From contig CACXUV010000003.1 of NCBI GenBank assembly GCA_902770845.1, forward strand, positions 1,298 through 65,297: a stretch of DNA of 64,000 nt. The letters run 5' to 3'. Position 1 is the stretch's first letter. Each line of letters begins with the position of its first letter. Under the pieces are notes generated by a model. That model did not search any database. It had not been told where the DNA came from and was given only the letters and a program-made list of their open reading frames with translations. Source of the stretch: an uncultured Prevotellaceae bacterium (GTDB lineage Bacteria > Bacteroidota > Bacteroidia > Bacteroidales > Bacteroidaceae). Below, piece by piece: positions 1-9,978 of the stretch. Both the position numbers and the translations under genes were made by a program.

Positions 1-1
1 G

Positions 2-430
2 AACGCCTTCCGCATGTATCAGCCCAAGATGGCCAAGATTTTCGAAAGCATGCTGCCTGCTTACGGCACAGCGGCTGAACAAGAAACCGTCAACGAGAAA
101 TTCCCCACCTGTGAAAACATCTCCGTTGACTATGCCATCATGGAGAAAGCCGAAGAGATTTTTGTGTGCCCCGCCGACTTTGGATGGAGCGACCTGGGCA
201 CGTGGGGCTCACTGCAAACACAGACCAAACGCGACCTCTATGGCAATGCATGCATAGGCCAGGACATCAGCCTGTATGAAACCTATAACTGCATGATTCA
301 CACCACGCAGGAAAAGAAAGTTGTGGTACAAGGTCTCGATGGCTATATCATTGCCGAAAACAACGACACCTTATTAATATGCAAGCTGTCGGAAGAACAA
401 AGAATCAAACAATTTTCTGGTGAAAACTAA
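2..430 (+). CDS. manC: Mannose-1-phosphate guanylyltransferase, 5'-truncated by window edge
   Basis: [11 protein letters not shown] and [12 protein letters not shown] motifs; frame open to the window start; directly upstream of gmd-fcl. Confidence 0.9.
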   Translation, partial: NAFRMYQPKMAKIFESMLPAYGTAAEQETVNEKFPTCENISVDYAIMEKAEEIFVCPADFGWSDLGTWGSLQTQTKRDLYGNACIGQDISLYETYNCMIHTTQEKKVVVQGLDGYIIAENNDTLLICKLSEEQRIKQFSGEN

Positions 431-431
431 T

Positions 432-1532
432 ATGGACAACAAACAAAAAATTGCTCTCATTACGGGCATCACAGGACAAGACGGCAGCTATTTGGCCGAG
501 TTCCTCATCGAGAAAGGCTATGAAGTGCACGGACTGCTGCGCCGTTCTTCGTCATTCAATACCGCACGCATTGAGCACTTGTATCTTGACGAATGGGTGC
601 GCGACATGAAGAAAAAACGACTGGTGAACCTGCACTGGGCCGACATGACCGACTCATCGTCGCTCATACGCGTCATTGGCGAAGTGCGCCCCACCGAAAT
701 CTATAACCTGGCTGCACAAAGCCATGTAAAAGTGTCGTTCGAAGTACCCGAATACACTGCCGACACCGATGCCAACGGCGTACTGCGCCTACTCGAAGCT
801 GTGCGCATCTGCGGACTGGCCGATACCTGTCGCATCTATCAGGCCAGCACCAGCGAACTCTTTGGAAAGGTGCAAGAGGTGCCTCAGAGCGAAACGACGC
901 CTTTCTATCCCCGCTCGCCCTACGCCGTGGCTAAACTCTATGGATTCTGGATCATGAAGAACTATCGCGAGAGCTACAACATGTTCTGCTGCAACGGCAT
1001 CTTGTTCAACCACGAAAGCGAACGCCGTGGCGAAACATTTGTAACCAGAAAAATTACTCTGGCTGCTGCACGCATTGCCCAAGGCTATCAGGACAAACTC
1101 TATCTGGGCAATCTGAACGCCCTGCGCGATTGGGGCTATGCCAAGGACTACGTGGAGTGCATGTGGCTCATTCTTCAACAACCCAAACCTGAGGATTTCG
1201 TGATTGCCACCGGCGAATATCACACCGTGCGCGAGTTCTGCACACTGGCCTTTCGCGAGGTGGGCATCGAACTGGAATGGCAGGGTGAAGGCATCAACGA
1301 GAAAGGCATTGACAAGAAGACGGGCAAATCGCTTGTCGAAGTCGATCCCAAATACTTCCGTCCTGCCGAGGTGGAGCAGTTACTGGGCAATCCTGCCAAA
1401 GCCAAGGAGATACTGGGCTGGAATCCTCGCAAGACATCATTTACCGACCTGGTGAAAATCATGGTGCAGCACGACATGAAGTTTGTCAAGAAGCTCTTCT
1501 TAAAAGAACAGATGGATCATGATGCTGAATAA
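432..1532 (+). CDS. gmd: GDP-mannose 4,6-dehydratase
   Basis: [43 protein letters not shown] motifs; ATG at 432 just after the manC stop. Confidence 0.97.
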   Translation: MDNKQKIALITGITGQDGSYLAEFLIEKGYEVHGLLRRSSSFNTARIEHLYLDEWVRDMKKKRLVNLHWADMTDSSSLIRVIGEVRPTEIYNLAAQSHVKVSFEVPEYTADTDANGVLRLLEAVRICGLADTCRIYQASTSELFGKVQEVPQSETTPFYPRSPYAVAKLYGFWIMKNYRESYNMFCCNGILFNHESERRGETFVTRKITLAAARIAQGYQDKLYLGNLNALRDWGYAKDYVECMWLILQQPKPEDFVIATGEYHTVREFCTLAFREVGIELEWQGEGINEKGIDKKTGKSLVEVDPKYFRPAEVEQLLGNPAKAKEILGWNPRKTSFTDLVKIMVQHDMKFVKKLFLKEQMDHDAE

Positions 1533-2697
1533 AGACGCCAAAATCTATGTGGCAGGACACCGAGGACTGGTGGGATCGGCCATCTGGAACAACCTGAAAC
1601 AACGCGGTTATACCAATCTGGTGGGGCGCACGCATGCCGAACTGGATCTTTGCAATCAACTGGCCGTGAGACATTTCTTCGACGAAGAACGTCCCGAAGC
1701 TGTGGTATTGGCAGCTGCTTTCGTGGGTGGCATCATGGCCAATTCGCTCTACAGGGCCGACTTCATCATGCAGAACATGAAGATGCAATGCAATGTCATT
1801 GGCGAAGCCTATGCACACGGAGTGCAGCGACTGCTCTTCCTGGGCAGCACCTGCATCTATCCCAAGAACGCGCCACAACCCATGAAGGAAGACTGCCTGC
1901 TCACATCGCCACTGGAGTACACCAACGAAGAATATGCCATTGCAAAAATTGCCGGACTGAAGATGTGCGAAAGCTATAATCTGCAGTATGGCACCAACTA
2001 CATTGCCGTAATGCCCACCAACCTATATGGCCCCAATGACAACTTCCATCTAGAGAACTCGCATGTGATGCCTGCCATGATGCGCAAGGTGTATTTGGCA
2101 AAGCTGATTCACGACAACGACTGGCAGGCCATCCGAGTCGACATGAACAAGCGCCCCGTTGAAGGTGTCAATGGCCAATACAGCAACGACGAAATAAAAA
2201 CAGTGCTGGCCAAATATGGCATTCACGACAACAAGGTGGTGCTTTGGGGAACGGGTAAGCCACTCAGGGAGTTTCTTTGGAGCGAAGACATGGCCGATGC
2301 CTCAGTACACGTACTGCTGAATGTGGATTTCGCCGACATCATTGGCATTGAGAAATATTCAAGCGTGCACTATGGAGCTAAGGCCGACGGCGTAGTAGAC
2401 CGCAACCACTCTGAAGGCCGTGGTGGTGCCATACCACAGTTGGGCGAGATTCGCAACTGCCACATCAATGTGGGAACGGGAAAGGAACTGACCATTCGCG
2501 AACTTTCGGAACTGGTGGTCAAGGCCGTGGGGTTCGAAGGTACGGTAGAGTTCGATGCCAGCAAGCCCGACGGAACACCCCGCAAGCTCATCGACGTTGA
2601 AAAGCTGCACAGCCTGGGATGGCGACATAAAGTTGAAATAGAAGACGGCGTGAAGATGCTGTTCGACTGGTATAAGAACAGCCTCAAGAACGAATAA
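1519..2697 (+). CDS. fcl: GDP-L-fucose synthase
   Basis: [49 protein letters not shown] motifs. Confidence 0.96.
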   Translation: MMLNKDAKIYVAGHRGLVGSAIWNNLKQRGYTNLVGRTHAELDLCNQLAVRHFFDEERPEAVVLAAAFVGGIMANSLYRADFIMQNMKMQCNVIGEAYAHGVQRLLFLGSTCIYPKNAPQPMKEDCLLTSPLEYTNEEYAIAKIAGLKMCESYNLQYGTNYIAVMPTNLYGPNDNFHLENSHVMPAMMRKVYLAKLIHDNDWQAIRVDMNKRPVEGVNGQYSNDEIKTVLAKYGIHDNKVVLWGTGKPLREFLWSEDMADASVHVLLNVDFADIIGIEKYSSVHYGAKADGVVDRNHSEGRGGAIPQLGEIRNCHINVGTGKELTIRELSELVVKAVGFEGTVEFDASKPDGTPRKLIDVEKLHSLGWRHKVEIEDGVKMLFDWYKNSLKNE

Positions 2698-2780
2698 GTC
2701 TCAAAGACAAATCAGTCTCAAAAGCGAATTCATCTCAAGGAAGAATCTGCCTCAAGGACAGACAGAAAAAAGTCTCAAAG
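2681..2780 (+). repeat. Degenerate 17-bp tandem repeat starting in the last codons of fcl
   Basis: gcctcaagaacgaataa / gtctcaaagacaaatca / gtctcaaaagcgaattc / atctcaaggaagaatct / gcctcaaggacaga. Confidence 0.7.
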
Positions 2781-2810
2781 CAACATGTACTATTGAGACT
2801 TTTTTCTGTC
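2761..2810. terminator. Bidirectional intrinsic terminator between convergent genes
   Basis: gacagaaaaaagtctcaa ... ttgagacttttttctgtc perfect 18-bp inverted repeat. Confidence 0.8.
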
Positions 2811-2828
2811 CTAAGATTTCCTAAAAAG

Positions 2829-3740
2829 CTATTGTTTAATCTTATCCCACGTCTGGCTCTGCGAAGCATTGATACCGAAGACAATGTCGTAGACCGATTC
2901 TTTCTCCTTCTGCGTGCCTTTTCCTTTATAGATATTAGCCAACTCGTCTTTCTTATAGTCAGTCCAAATCTGCGGCAACAGGCTCAGCGGCTTGTCTTCA
3001 TGAGCTTTCTTCAATCCCTCCTGCAAAGCAGTGGTCACATTGGTACGACCACGCTCCACATTATTAGCCATCTCGTCAAGCCCCTGCCGATAATAATCGT
3101 ACTGCAACTGGCGGAAGGGCTTCATAGCCTCATCCAGATAGTCGTTGATAATGGCAAAACGATTGCGCGAATCATCAAACGACTTCCAGCCTGGAAAATC
3201 AAGGTTCTGCGCATTGTTCACCAGATACATGCAACGCTGCAGCACCTCGGTTCCCCCCATGGGAGAAAAACTGTCAAGGTCAAGACCAATGATTAAAAAA
3301 GCATAATAGGCAAACAGAGCCACCAACTGGTTGTCAATAATCTCTTCGGAAAAGTTCAATTGATCGAACTGAGCAAACTGGAAATCAAAGTTCTTGTCTC
3401 TATTATTATATAAAGTGGTGGTATAGGCCGAATTATATACGGGTCGGTTGGCCTGAATGAGGGCTGTGCACGTGAAACGGTTCTCACTTTGATCATACTT
3501 CGTCACAGTGATATTGAACGAACACGATATGCGTTCATTCTCTTGAAACTGCAATTCCGTCCACTGCCGATCATTGACAAACTGCGTCAAGGTCTGCTCC
3601 AGGTTTTCAAACACAGATGCGTCCGTGCCTTGAATCTGACTGTGATTGATGTTGATCTTGGCATTCAGTTCCTGCGAAAAAGCAGAAGCCGACAACACCC
3701 CACAGCACAATGATGTCATAACAAATCGTTTCATTTGCAT
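2829..3740 (-). CDS. DUF4835 family exported protein (PorD-like)
   Basis: Signal peptide then QELNAKININ, RPVYNSAYTT, FAYYAFLIIGLDLDSFS; usual Bacteroidales position after coaBC. Confidence 0.75.
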   Translation of the reverse strand: MQMKRFVMTSLCCGVLSASAFSQELNAKININHSQIQGTDASVFENLEQTLTQFVNDRQWTELQFQENERISCSFNITVTKYDQSENRFTCTALIQANRPVYNSAYTTTLYNNRDKNFDFQFAQFDQLNFSEEIIDNQLVALFAYYAFLIIGLDLDSFSPMGGTEVLQRCMYLVNNAQNLDFPGWKSFDDSRNRFAIINDYLDEAMKPFRQLQYDYYRQGLDEMANNVERGRTNVTTALQEGLKKAHEDKPLSLLPQIWTDYKKDELANIYKGKGTQKEKESVYDIVFGINASQSQTWDKIKQ

Positions 3741-3748
3741 GATGGTAT

Positions 3749-4951
3749 CTACTTTTGATGATTCATGTATGCCTTTAGCTCATCCACAATATCGTGGGCC
3801 ACCTCCAGCTTTGGTTTCTTGACAAAATCGTGCTTGCCGCTGCGCGACAAAATGCTAATCTGATTGTCATCGCTTTGAAAGCAAGTGCCGGCATTGCGCA
3901 GACTGTTGAGCACAATGAAATCGAAATTCTTCTTTTTCAGCTTGTGCTGGGCATTCTGTTCCTCGTCATTGGTCTCAAGAGCAAAGCCAGCAAGAATCTG
4001 TCCTTCCTGCTTCATGTCCCCCAATTCCTTGGCAATATCAGGATTGGGAACCAGATGCAAATCCATCGTCTGCCCCACCCTCTTGATTTTCTCTGTGGCA
4101 ACAGCATCGGCACGAAAGTCGGCCACCGCCGCACAGAGTATAGCGGCATCTTGCGAAGAAAAGTTTTCCTTGGCAGCCTCAAACATTTGCTGACAGCTTT
4201 CCACATCCACACGACGAATGGCCGGATGATTGGTTTTCAGTGCCACAGGACCGGCTATCAGCGTAACCTCAGCTCCACGACGTGCACACTCATGTGCCAG
4301 TGCAAAGCCCATTTTCCCGCTACTGTAGTTGCCAATGAAACGCACAGGGTCAATCTTTTCATAAGTGGGACCAGCTGTGATCATGATGCGTTTGCCGTCC
4401 AAGTCTTTCTCTTCGAAGAAACGATCCAGACTGTCCACTATCTTTTCTGGCTCTTCCATTCTGCCTTTCCCTTCCAGTCCGCTGGCCAGGAAGCCACTGC
4501 CAGGCTCAATGATTCGATTGCCAAAAGAGCGAAGCCGTTCCATGTTGTGCTGAGTGGATGGATGGGCATACATATCAAGATCCATGGCAGGAGCAATGAA
4601 CACAGGAGCCTTCATCGAAAGATAAGTGGTGATGAGCATATTATCGGCCACACCGTTTGCCATCTTTCCAAGCGTAGACGCCGTACAAGGAGCAATGAGC
4701 ATGGCATCAGCCCACAGTCCGAGCGACACATGACTGTTCCAAGTGCCGTCACGTTGCGAGAAAAAATCACTAATGACGGGCTTCTGCGTCAGTGCCGACA
4801 ACGTGATGGGCGTGATAAATTCCTTGCCTGCCGGCGTTATAACCACCTGCACTTCAGCACCAGCCTTGATCAGACCTCTGATGATATAGCAAGCCTTGTA
4901 GGCAGCTATCGACCCCGTAATGCCAAGAACAATTTTCTTTCCTTTCAGCAT
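3749..4951 (-). CDS. coaBC: Bifunctional phosphopantothenoylcysteine decarboxylase/synthetase
   Basis: LGITGSIAAYK, APAMDLDM, ITAGPTYEKIDPVRFIGNYSSGKMG. Confidence 0.97.
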   Translation of the reverse strand: MLKGKKIVLGITGSIAAYKACYIIRGLIKAGAEVQVVITPAGKEFITPITLSALTQKPVISDFFSQRDGTWNSHVSLGLWADAMLIAPCTASTLGKMANGVADNMLITTYLSMKAPVFIAPAMDLDMYAHPSTQHNMERLRSFGNRIIEPGSGFLASGLEGKGRMEEPEKIVDSLDRFFEEKDLDGKRIMITAGPTYEKIDPVRFIGNYSSGKMGFALAHECARRGAEVTLIAGPVALKTNHPAIRRVDVESCQQMFEAAKENFSSQDAAILCAAVADFRADAVATEKIKRVGQTMDLHLVPNPDIAKELGDMKQEGQILAGFALETNDEEQNAQHKLKKKNFDFIVLNSLRNAGTCFQSDDNQISILSRSGKHDFVKKPKLEVAHDIVDELKAYMNHQK

Positions 4952-4975
4952 AATCCACTCATCATGTAAAACAAG

Positions 4976-5848
4976 CTATTTGTTCTTCTGTGCCTCACGC
5001 AGACGAATGCGCGTGAGCACCTGCTTGGTGTTATAGGTAAAGTCGCCCGAAAGAATCCAAGCATAATAGCCCGAATCATAGCGCAACACATCGGCCACGG
5101 TCTTTCCCTTGTGCTTGCCAAAATTGAAGTACTCCGTCATGACAGGCTTTCCATCTTTATCCAAGATGGTGTTGCCCTTGGCATCCTTGGCTTCGCCCCA
5201 AACAATGCGCCCTGCAAAGTCAACGTTGTTGTTGGTCTTGGAGAACTCGGCCAGGAAAGCCATATCGTTTTGCAGCACACGACCTTCGGGATCTTCGCCC
5301 AGTTCGCGCTGATGCTCTTCGGTATAGTAATCCAGTTCGCCCATCAGCACACGGTAGGTTGCCTCAGTATCCTGGTCGGCACGGTGTGCCTCGAAGTCGT
5401 CTTCCATCTTTCGGCCGCAAAAGAACTTATAGGCAGCTGCCAGGTTGCGACTTTCCATCTTGCGGAAGATGGTGAGTGCATCAATGAGCCGACACTTAGA
5501 GAAGTCAAAATCAATGCCTGCGCGCAAAAACTCTTCTGCCAACAGGGGAATATCAAAGTGGTTCGAGTTATAGCCGGCAAAGTCGCAGCCTGTAAACTTA
5601 TCGCTCAGCGTTTTGGCCAACTGCTTGAAGGTAGGCTTGTCCTTCACATCATCGTCGCTGATGCCAGTGAGCTGTGTAATGACGGGCAGAATGTGGCATT
5701 CAGGATTGATCAGGTGATCGCCTCTTTCCTCGCGTCCGTCGGGAAACACCTTAATATAAGATATCTGAATAATACGGTCCTTGACTAAATCAAGACCGGT
5801 CGTCTCCAAATCGAAGACGACCAGTGGTTTCGTTAGATTGAGTTTCAT
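4976..5848 (-). CDS. DEDDh 3'-5' exonuclease (DNA polymerase III epsilon-like)
   Basis: VFDLETTG, GYNSNHFD, AHRADQD exonuclease motifs; C-terminal FNFGKHKG; follows dnaN. Confidence 0.9.
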   Translation of the reverse strand: MKLNLTKPLVVFDLETTGLDLVKDRIIQISYIKVFPDGREERGDHLINPECHILPVITQLTGISDDDVKDKPTFKQLAKTLSDKFTGCDFAGYNSNHFDIPLLAEEFLRAGIDFDFSKCRLIDALTIFRKMESRNLAAAYKFFCGRKMEDDFEAHRADQDTEATYRVLMGELDYYTEEHQRELGEDPEGRVLQNDMAFLAEFSKTNNNVDFAGRIVWGEAKDAKGNTILDKDGKPVMTEYFNFGKHKGKTVADVLRYDSGYYAWILSGDFTYNTKQVLTRIRLREAQKNK

Positions 5849-5857
5849 GATTCTCGT

Positions 5858-6982
5858 TTAATCATTAATCAGCATAGGCATCATGAGCATCAGCACGTCC
5901 TGATTCTCGGGCTGTTCAGAAGGCAGCACCAAGCCAGCACGGCTGGGGTCGGCCAGCTGAATGAGCACTTGTTCGCAGTCGAAGTTGCTAAGAATCTCAA
6001 TGAAAGAAGAACCCTTGAAACCAATGCTCATCGGCATTCCATTGTAGTCACAGGTCATGCGCTCCGTAGCCGTCTTCGAGAAGTCATAGTCTTCTGCATC
6101 GAGTTGCAGGGTTCCATTTTCCACATGGAAGCGAATGAGATTGCTCGAATCGTTTGAGAAGGGCTGCACACGACGCAAAGCAGAAAGCAAACTCATACGG
6201 TCCACCGTGAGCTGATTGGGGTTGCTCTGCGGAATCACCGAGTTGTAATTGGGGTAGCGTCCCTCAATCAAGCGACAAATGAGCACGCCGTCTTCATAGT
6301 TCACCTCAGCATTGCGGTCGTCAAAGCGAATCACCACGTCGCCACCATTCTTGCCCAGCACGCCCTTCAGCAAAGAGGCTGGCTTCTTGGGCAGGATGAA
6401 GGAGGCAGGCTCCTCGCTATGGATGGTGAGCACCTTGTTGCGCACCAACTTGTGACCGTCGCTGGCCACGATGGCTAGACACTCCGGAGTGAGATCAAAG
6501 TAAATTCCGTTCATCACAGGGCGCAACTCGTCTTGTGCGGTGGCAAAGATAGAACGGTTGATGTTGTCGCTCAGCAGTTGCGTGCTGATAGTTATCTCAT
6601 GTACGCCGTCACCCACCTGCTGTGGCTGCGGAAACTCGTCGGCATTCTCAACGGGCAGCGAGAACATACCGTTCTGATAGCTGATGCGGGCAATGTTATC
6701 GCTCTGATTCACCTCAAAAGAGATGGGCTGCTCAGAAATGCCTTTCACAGCTTCCAGCAAATCGTGATTGCCCACGCAGAAGCGCCCGTCGCTATCAGCC
6801 TCGTTCAGTTCCATCGTTGTCTTCATCATCACCTCACTGTCAGAAGCTGTGAGGTTCAGTCGACCATCAATGATTTCAAACAGGAAATCGCCCAAAATAG
6901 GCAACGAGTTCTTGCTATTGATGACTCTCGAAAGCGCCAGCAAACGGCTGCTCAGGGCAGTACTTGATACAGAAAATCTCAT
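5858..6982 (-). CDS. dnaN: DNA polymerase III beta sliding clamp
   Basis: KNSLPILG, DELRPVMNG, ASDGHKL, IEGRYPNY, LMMPM; 374 aa. Confidence 0.97.
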   Translation of the reverse strand: MRFSVSSTALSSRLLALSRVINSKNSLPILGDFLFEIIDGRLNLTASDSEVMMKTTMELNEADSDGRFCVGNHDLLEAVKGISEQPISFEVNQSDNIARISYQNGMFSLPVENADEFPQPQQVGDGVHEITISTQLLSDNINRSIFATAQDELRPVMNGIYFDLTPECLAIVASDGHKLVRNKVLTIHSEEPASFILPKKPASLLKGVLGKNGGDVVIRFDDRNAEVNYEDGVLICRLIEGRYPNYNSVIPQSNPNQLTVDRMSLLSALRRVQPFSNDSSNLIRFHVENGTLQLDAEDYDFSKTATERMTCDYNGMPMSIGFKGSSFIEILSNFDCEQVLIQLADPSRAGLVLPSEQPENQDVLMLMMPMLIND

Positions 6983-7142
6983 ATTCTTTATAATTATTGT
7001 TGTTGTTTTCTATTCAGACTACAAAAATACAAAAAAAGTGTGTCTGTTGCAAAAATATTGCGAAAAAATTATTTGTTTTCAAACTATTTTAGTAATTTCG
7101 CAAACGAATTTGAAAAAATACAAAAATAATAGCAACAAGATT

Positions 7143-7547
7143 ATGGATTTAACAGGAAAAGTGATTGCCATCATGGAGGCAAGAAGCGGTGTGTCTGCAC
7201 GTACACAAAAACCCTGGATGACACAGGAGTACGTAATAGAAGTGCCTGGACAGTATCCGCGTAAGATGGTATTTAATATTTTTGGCGAAGATCGCATCAA
7301 GCAATTCAACATTCAACCAGGTGAAGAACTAACCGTTCAGTTCGACATTGATGCACGTGAGTACAATGGTCGCTGGTTCAATGATATTCGTGCTTACAAC
7401 ATCATTCGCGGTCAAGTGGCTCAGGCTGTGCCTTCAGCTACGCCCTTTGCCCCCCAGCAGCCAGCCGAGGCTCAAGGTGCCAACGCCCCATTCCCCCCCG
7501 CACAAGAGCCTGCAAGCGAGAGCACAGCCGACGACTTACCATTCTAA
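7143..7547 (+). CDS. DUF3127 family SSB-like protein
   Basis: MDLTGKVIA...FDIDAREYNGRWFNDIRAY and an SSB-like acidic tail DDLPF; ATG at 7143. Confidence 0.85.
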   Translation: MDLTGKVIAIMEARSGVSARTQKPWMTQEYVIEVPGQYPRKMVFNIFGEDRIKQFNIQPGEELTVQFDIDAREYNGRWFNDIRAYNIIRGQVAQAVPSATPFAPQQPAEAQGANAPFPPAQEPASESTADDLPF

Positions 7548-7567
7548 CTAATCATAAGCTTACAGCT

Positions 7568-7610
7568 AAAGAAGGCATCTTCCCAATGGTGGGAAGATGC
7601 CTTCTTTTTT
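7568..7610. terminator. Bidirectional intrinsic terminator
   Basis: aaagaaggcatcttccca-atgg-tgggaagatgccttcttttt. Confidence 0.88.
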
Positions 7611-7651
7611 GCGAATGAATTGGACATTCATCCCGATTTGAACAAATTCTT

Positions 7652-8599
7652 TTATTCCGACTTGAACAAATCCTTGATGCCACCCAGACTGCCCAGCAGG
7701 TTGGTTGCCTCGTAAGGCAGATAAACGGTCTTGGTCTTGTCGCCTTCGGCCAGTTCCTGCATCATCTGAATGTACTTCTGTGCCAGCAGATAGTTGGCAG
7801 GGTTGGTGCTCTTGCCCACGGCCTCGGTAATCAGTTCGATGGCTTTTGCCTCGGCTTCTGCCTTGCGAATGCGAGCCTGAGCCTCACCTTCGGCCCTCAG
7901 TATCTCCTGCTGCTTGGCAGCCTCGGCACGGTTCACCATAGCAGTCTTTTCGCCCTCCGAAGCCAATATCTCGGCTGCTTTCTGTCCTTCAGAGTTAAGA
8001 ATCTGTGCACGCTTGTTGCGCTCAGCCTGCATCTGCTTCTCCATGGCGGTGAGCACAGAGTCGGGAGGCGTGATGTCTTGCAGCTCCACGCGGTTCACCT
8101 TCACGCCCCACTTGTCGGTGGCATCGTCGAGCACGGCGCGCAGTTTGGTGTTGATGGTGTCGCGCGAGGTAAGCGTCTCATCCAGTTCCAGCTCGCCAAT
8201 GATATTACGCAGGGTGGTCTGCGTAAGCTTCTCGATGGCATTGGGCAGGTTGTTGATTTCATAGGTGGCCTTGAAGGGGTCTACAATCTGGAAGTAGAGC
8301 AGCGCATTAATTTCGGTTTGCACATTGTCTTTCGTAATCACGTTCTGCTTGGGGAAGTCGTAGACTTGCTCGCGCAGGTCGATGGTCGACGAGTAGACGT
8401 AGCGACCGTGGTGCAGCACCACGATGTTCTTTGCCTTGTCGATAAAAGGCACAATGACATTGATGCCCGGATTCAGCGTGGCATGATAGCGGCCCAGGCG
8501 CTCAATAATCTTGGTTTCCGACTGCGGAATGATAACCAGCGCCATCTTGGCAAAAACAATGACGCACAGCACAATGGCTAATAACACATAAAGTCCCAT
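7652..8599 (-). CDS. SPFH/band-7 (slipin/QmcA-like) membrane protein
   Basis: IIERLGRY, VITKDNV, TTLRNIIGELELDETLTSRD, KQMQAER. Confidence 0.93.
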   Translation of the reverse strand: MGLYVLLAIVLCVIVFAKMALVIIPQSETKIIERLGRYHATLNPGINVIVPFIDKAKNIVVLHHGRYVYSSTIDLREQVYDFPKQNVITKDNVQTEINALLYFQIVDPFKATYEINNLPNAIEKLTQTTLRNIIGELELDETLTSRDTINTKLRAVLDDATDKWGVKVNRVELQDITPPDSVLTAMEKQMQAERNKRAQILNSEGQKAAEILASEGEKTAMVNRAEAAKQQEILRAEGEAQARIRKAEAEAKAIELITEAVGKSTNPANYLLAQKYIQMMQELAEGDKTKTVYLPYEATNLLGSLGGIKDLFKSE

Positions 8600-8650
8600 A
8601 ATATGAAAGTTTTAAAAATTAGAGAATGTCGAAATCAAAAAAACATTCAT

Positions 8651-9106
8651 TCATACGTGTGAAATTCTTTCAACGGTGATGATGATGCTTTCGCGCGAGA
8701 CAACCCGCACGGGGGTTCCCACCGGCAGTTCTTCCTGATCAACGGCCTCTGCCTTCCAGTCGTCGCCACTCAGGGCCACACGACCGAAGCCTCCGGCAGG
8801 GATGGTCTGGCTGACACGGCCCGTCTGCCCAATGATGGCATCGGCATTGCTCACACGATTGTCTTCGCCCCGATGAAGATAGCGCAGGGCAAAAGGCCGC
8901 ACCTGGAAGATGCTGAACAGCGTGACCACTGCAAACACGCCCAACTGCCAGTAGAAGCCGGCAAAGGGCGACACCACAGCAGCACCCACGGCACCAATGG
9001 CGAAACACATGATGAAGAAATCGCCCGACGACAGTTCGAGCAGCAGTCCCAATACGGCTATCACTGCCCACATTTGCCACAAATTGGCTGAAAGATACTC
9101 TATCAT
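8651..9106 (-). CDS. NfeD family protein
   Basis: Hydrophobic N-terminus, GRVALSGDDWKA OB-fold; canonical partner of an SPFH gene. Confidence 0.9.
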   Translation of the reverse strand: MIEYLSANLWQMWAVIAVLGLLLELSSGDFFIMCFAIGAVGAAVVSPFAGFYWQLGVFAVVTLFSIFQVRPFALRYLHRGEDNRVSNADAIIGQTGRVSQTIPAGGFGRVALSGDDWKAEAVDQEELPVGTPVRVVSRESIIITVERISHV

Positions 9107-9187
9107 ACTGTATTCTGGTTTAAAGGGTTATACGTTTCTCATTCTGCATGGCCAACAGCCACGTCTGGATGACACCTCTTTTTATAT

Positions 9188-9850
9188 TTATAGCGACAGC
9201 ACAAAGTCGTCCCAGTCCTTGGTCGAACCTTTCTTGCCGAATATTTTCTGATACAGCCTGCTGCGTGTGGTGGCCACGCTCTCCTTGGAATGGGCCGTGA
9301 GCAGGGCTATGTCCTTGGGAGCAATGCGCACCTTGGTGAGCAAGCACACATGGTAGTCTTGTTCCGACAGACGATACAGGCTGTAGAGCTTTTCGGTGAA
9401 GCCTGTGTAAAGACCATCGACCAGCGTTGCCAACTGCGGCCAGTGCTCGTCGCTCATGCTGCGGCCTTCCTGCAACAGTTGCTTGATCTTCATGTAAATG
9501 TCCGAATTAAATATATCGGTCTCGGCGCGTTGCCGTTTTTCGTTCTCTATGCGTGCAATGGTGTTGGCATAGTCCAGCCGTGTTTTCTTTTCCTCGAGTT
9601 CCAGTTTCAGGGTCGAGTTCTCGTCGCCCAGCTTTTTGATCAGGGTTTCCAGAGCGACAATCTTCTGCCTGTTGGCCTCCACATCCTGCTCGTCGAGCAG
9701 GGTGTGCACCTTGCTCAGTCGCTCTTGCAGCAGCAGAATCTTGCGGCGGTTGCTCTGCAGCATCACCATAAACAGGGCCACATAGGTCACCGTACCTATT
9801 ATTAAAAGGAACAGCTCGCGGTTGGTCAATATCGTCAACATCTGATTCAT
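9188..9850 (-). CDS. Membrane-anchored protein with coiled coil and C-terminal LuxR-like HTH (putative regulator)
   Basis: One N-terminal TM helix; LSEQDYHVCLLTK...KDIALL...SVATTRSRLYQKIF resembles Bacteroidales LuxR-type C-termini. Confidence 0.6.
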   Translation of the reverse strand: MNQMLTILTNRELFLLIIGTVTYVALFMVMLQSNRRKILLLQERLSKVHTLLDEQDVEANRQKIVALETLIKKLGDENSTLKLELEEKKTRLDYANTIARIENEKRQRAETDIFNSDIYMKIKQLLQEGRSMSDEHWPQLATLVDGLYTGFTEKLYSLYRLSEQDYHVCLLTKVRIAPKDIALLTAHSKESVATTRSRLYQKIFGKKGSTKDWDDFVLSL

Positions 9851-9866
9851 GCCGCAAAGATAAACG

Positions 9867-9912
9867 AAAAAAGCGAATTACGCAAACATTTTGGTTTGCA
9901 ATAATTCGCTTT
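9867..9912 (-). terminator. Probable terminator after the pectate lyase
   Basis: aaagcgaatta-cgcaaac ... gtttgca-ataattcgcttt hairpin with T-run on the minus strand. Confidence 0.65.
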
Positions 9913-9943
9913 GCATGCAACGGGTTCTCAATAGTTTGCAAGG

Positions 9944-9978
9944 TCAAAAACTCAAGAACTCACAGAACTCACAAAACT
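9944..9978. repeat. 8-9 bp microsatellite of AAAACTCA type
   Basis: tcaaaaactcaagaactcacagaactcacaaaact. Confidence 0.75.

Noticed and set aside
6768-7142. N-terminal extension of the DUF3127 ORF
   Set aside because: It overlaps dnaN antisense and the AT-rich promoter region; homology-like sequence starts at ATG 7143.
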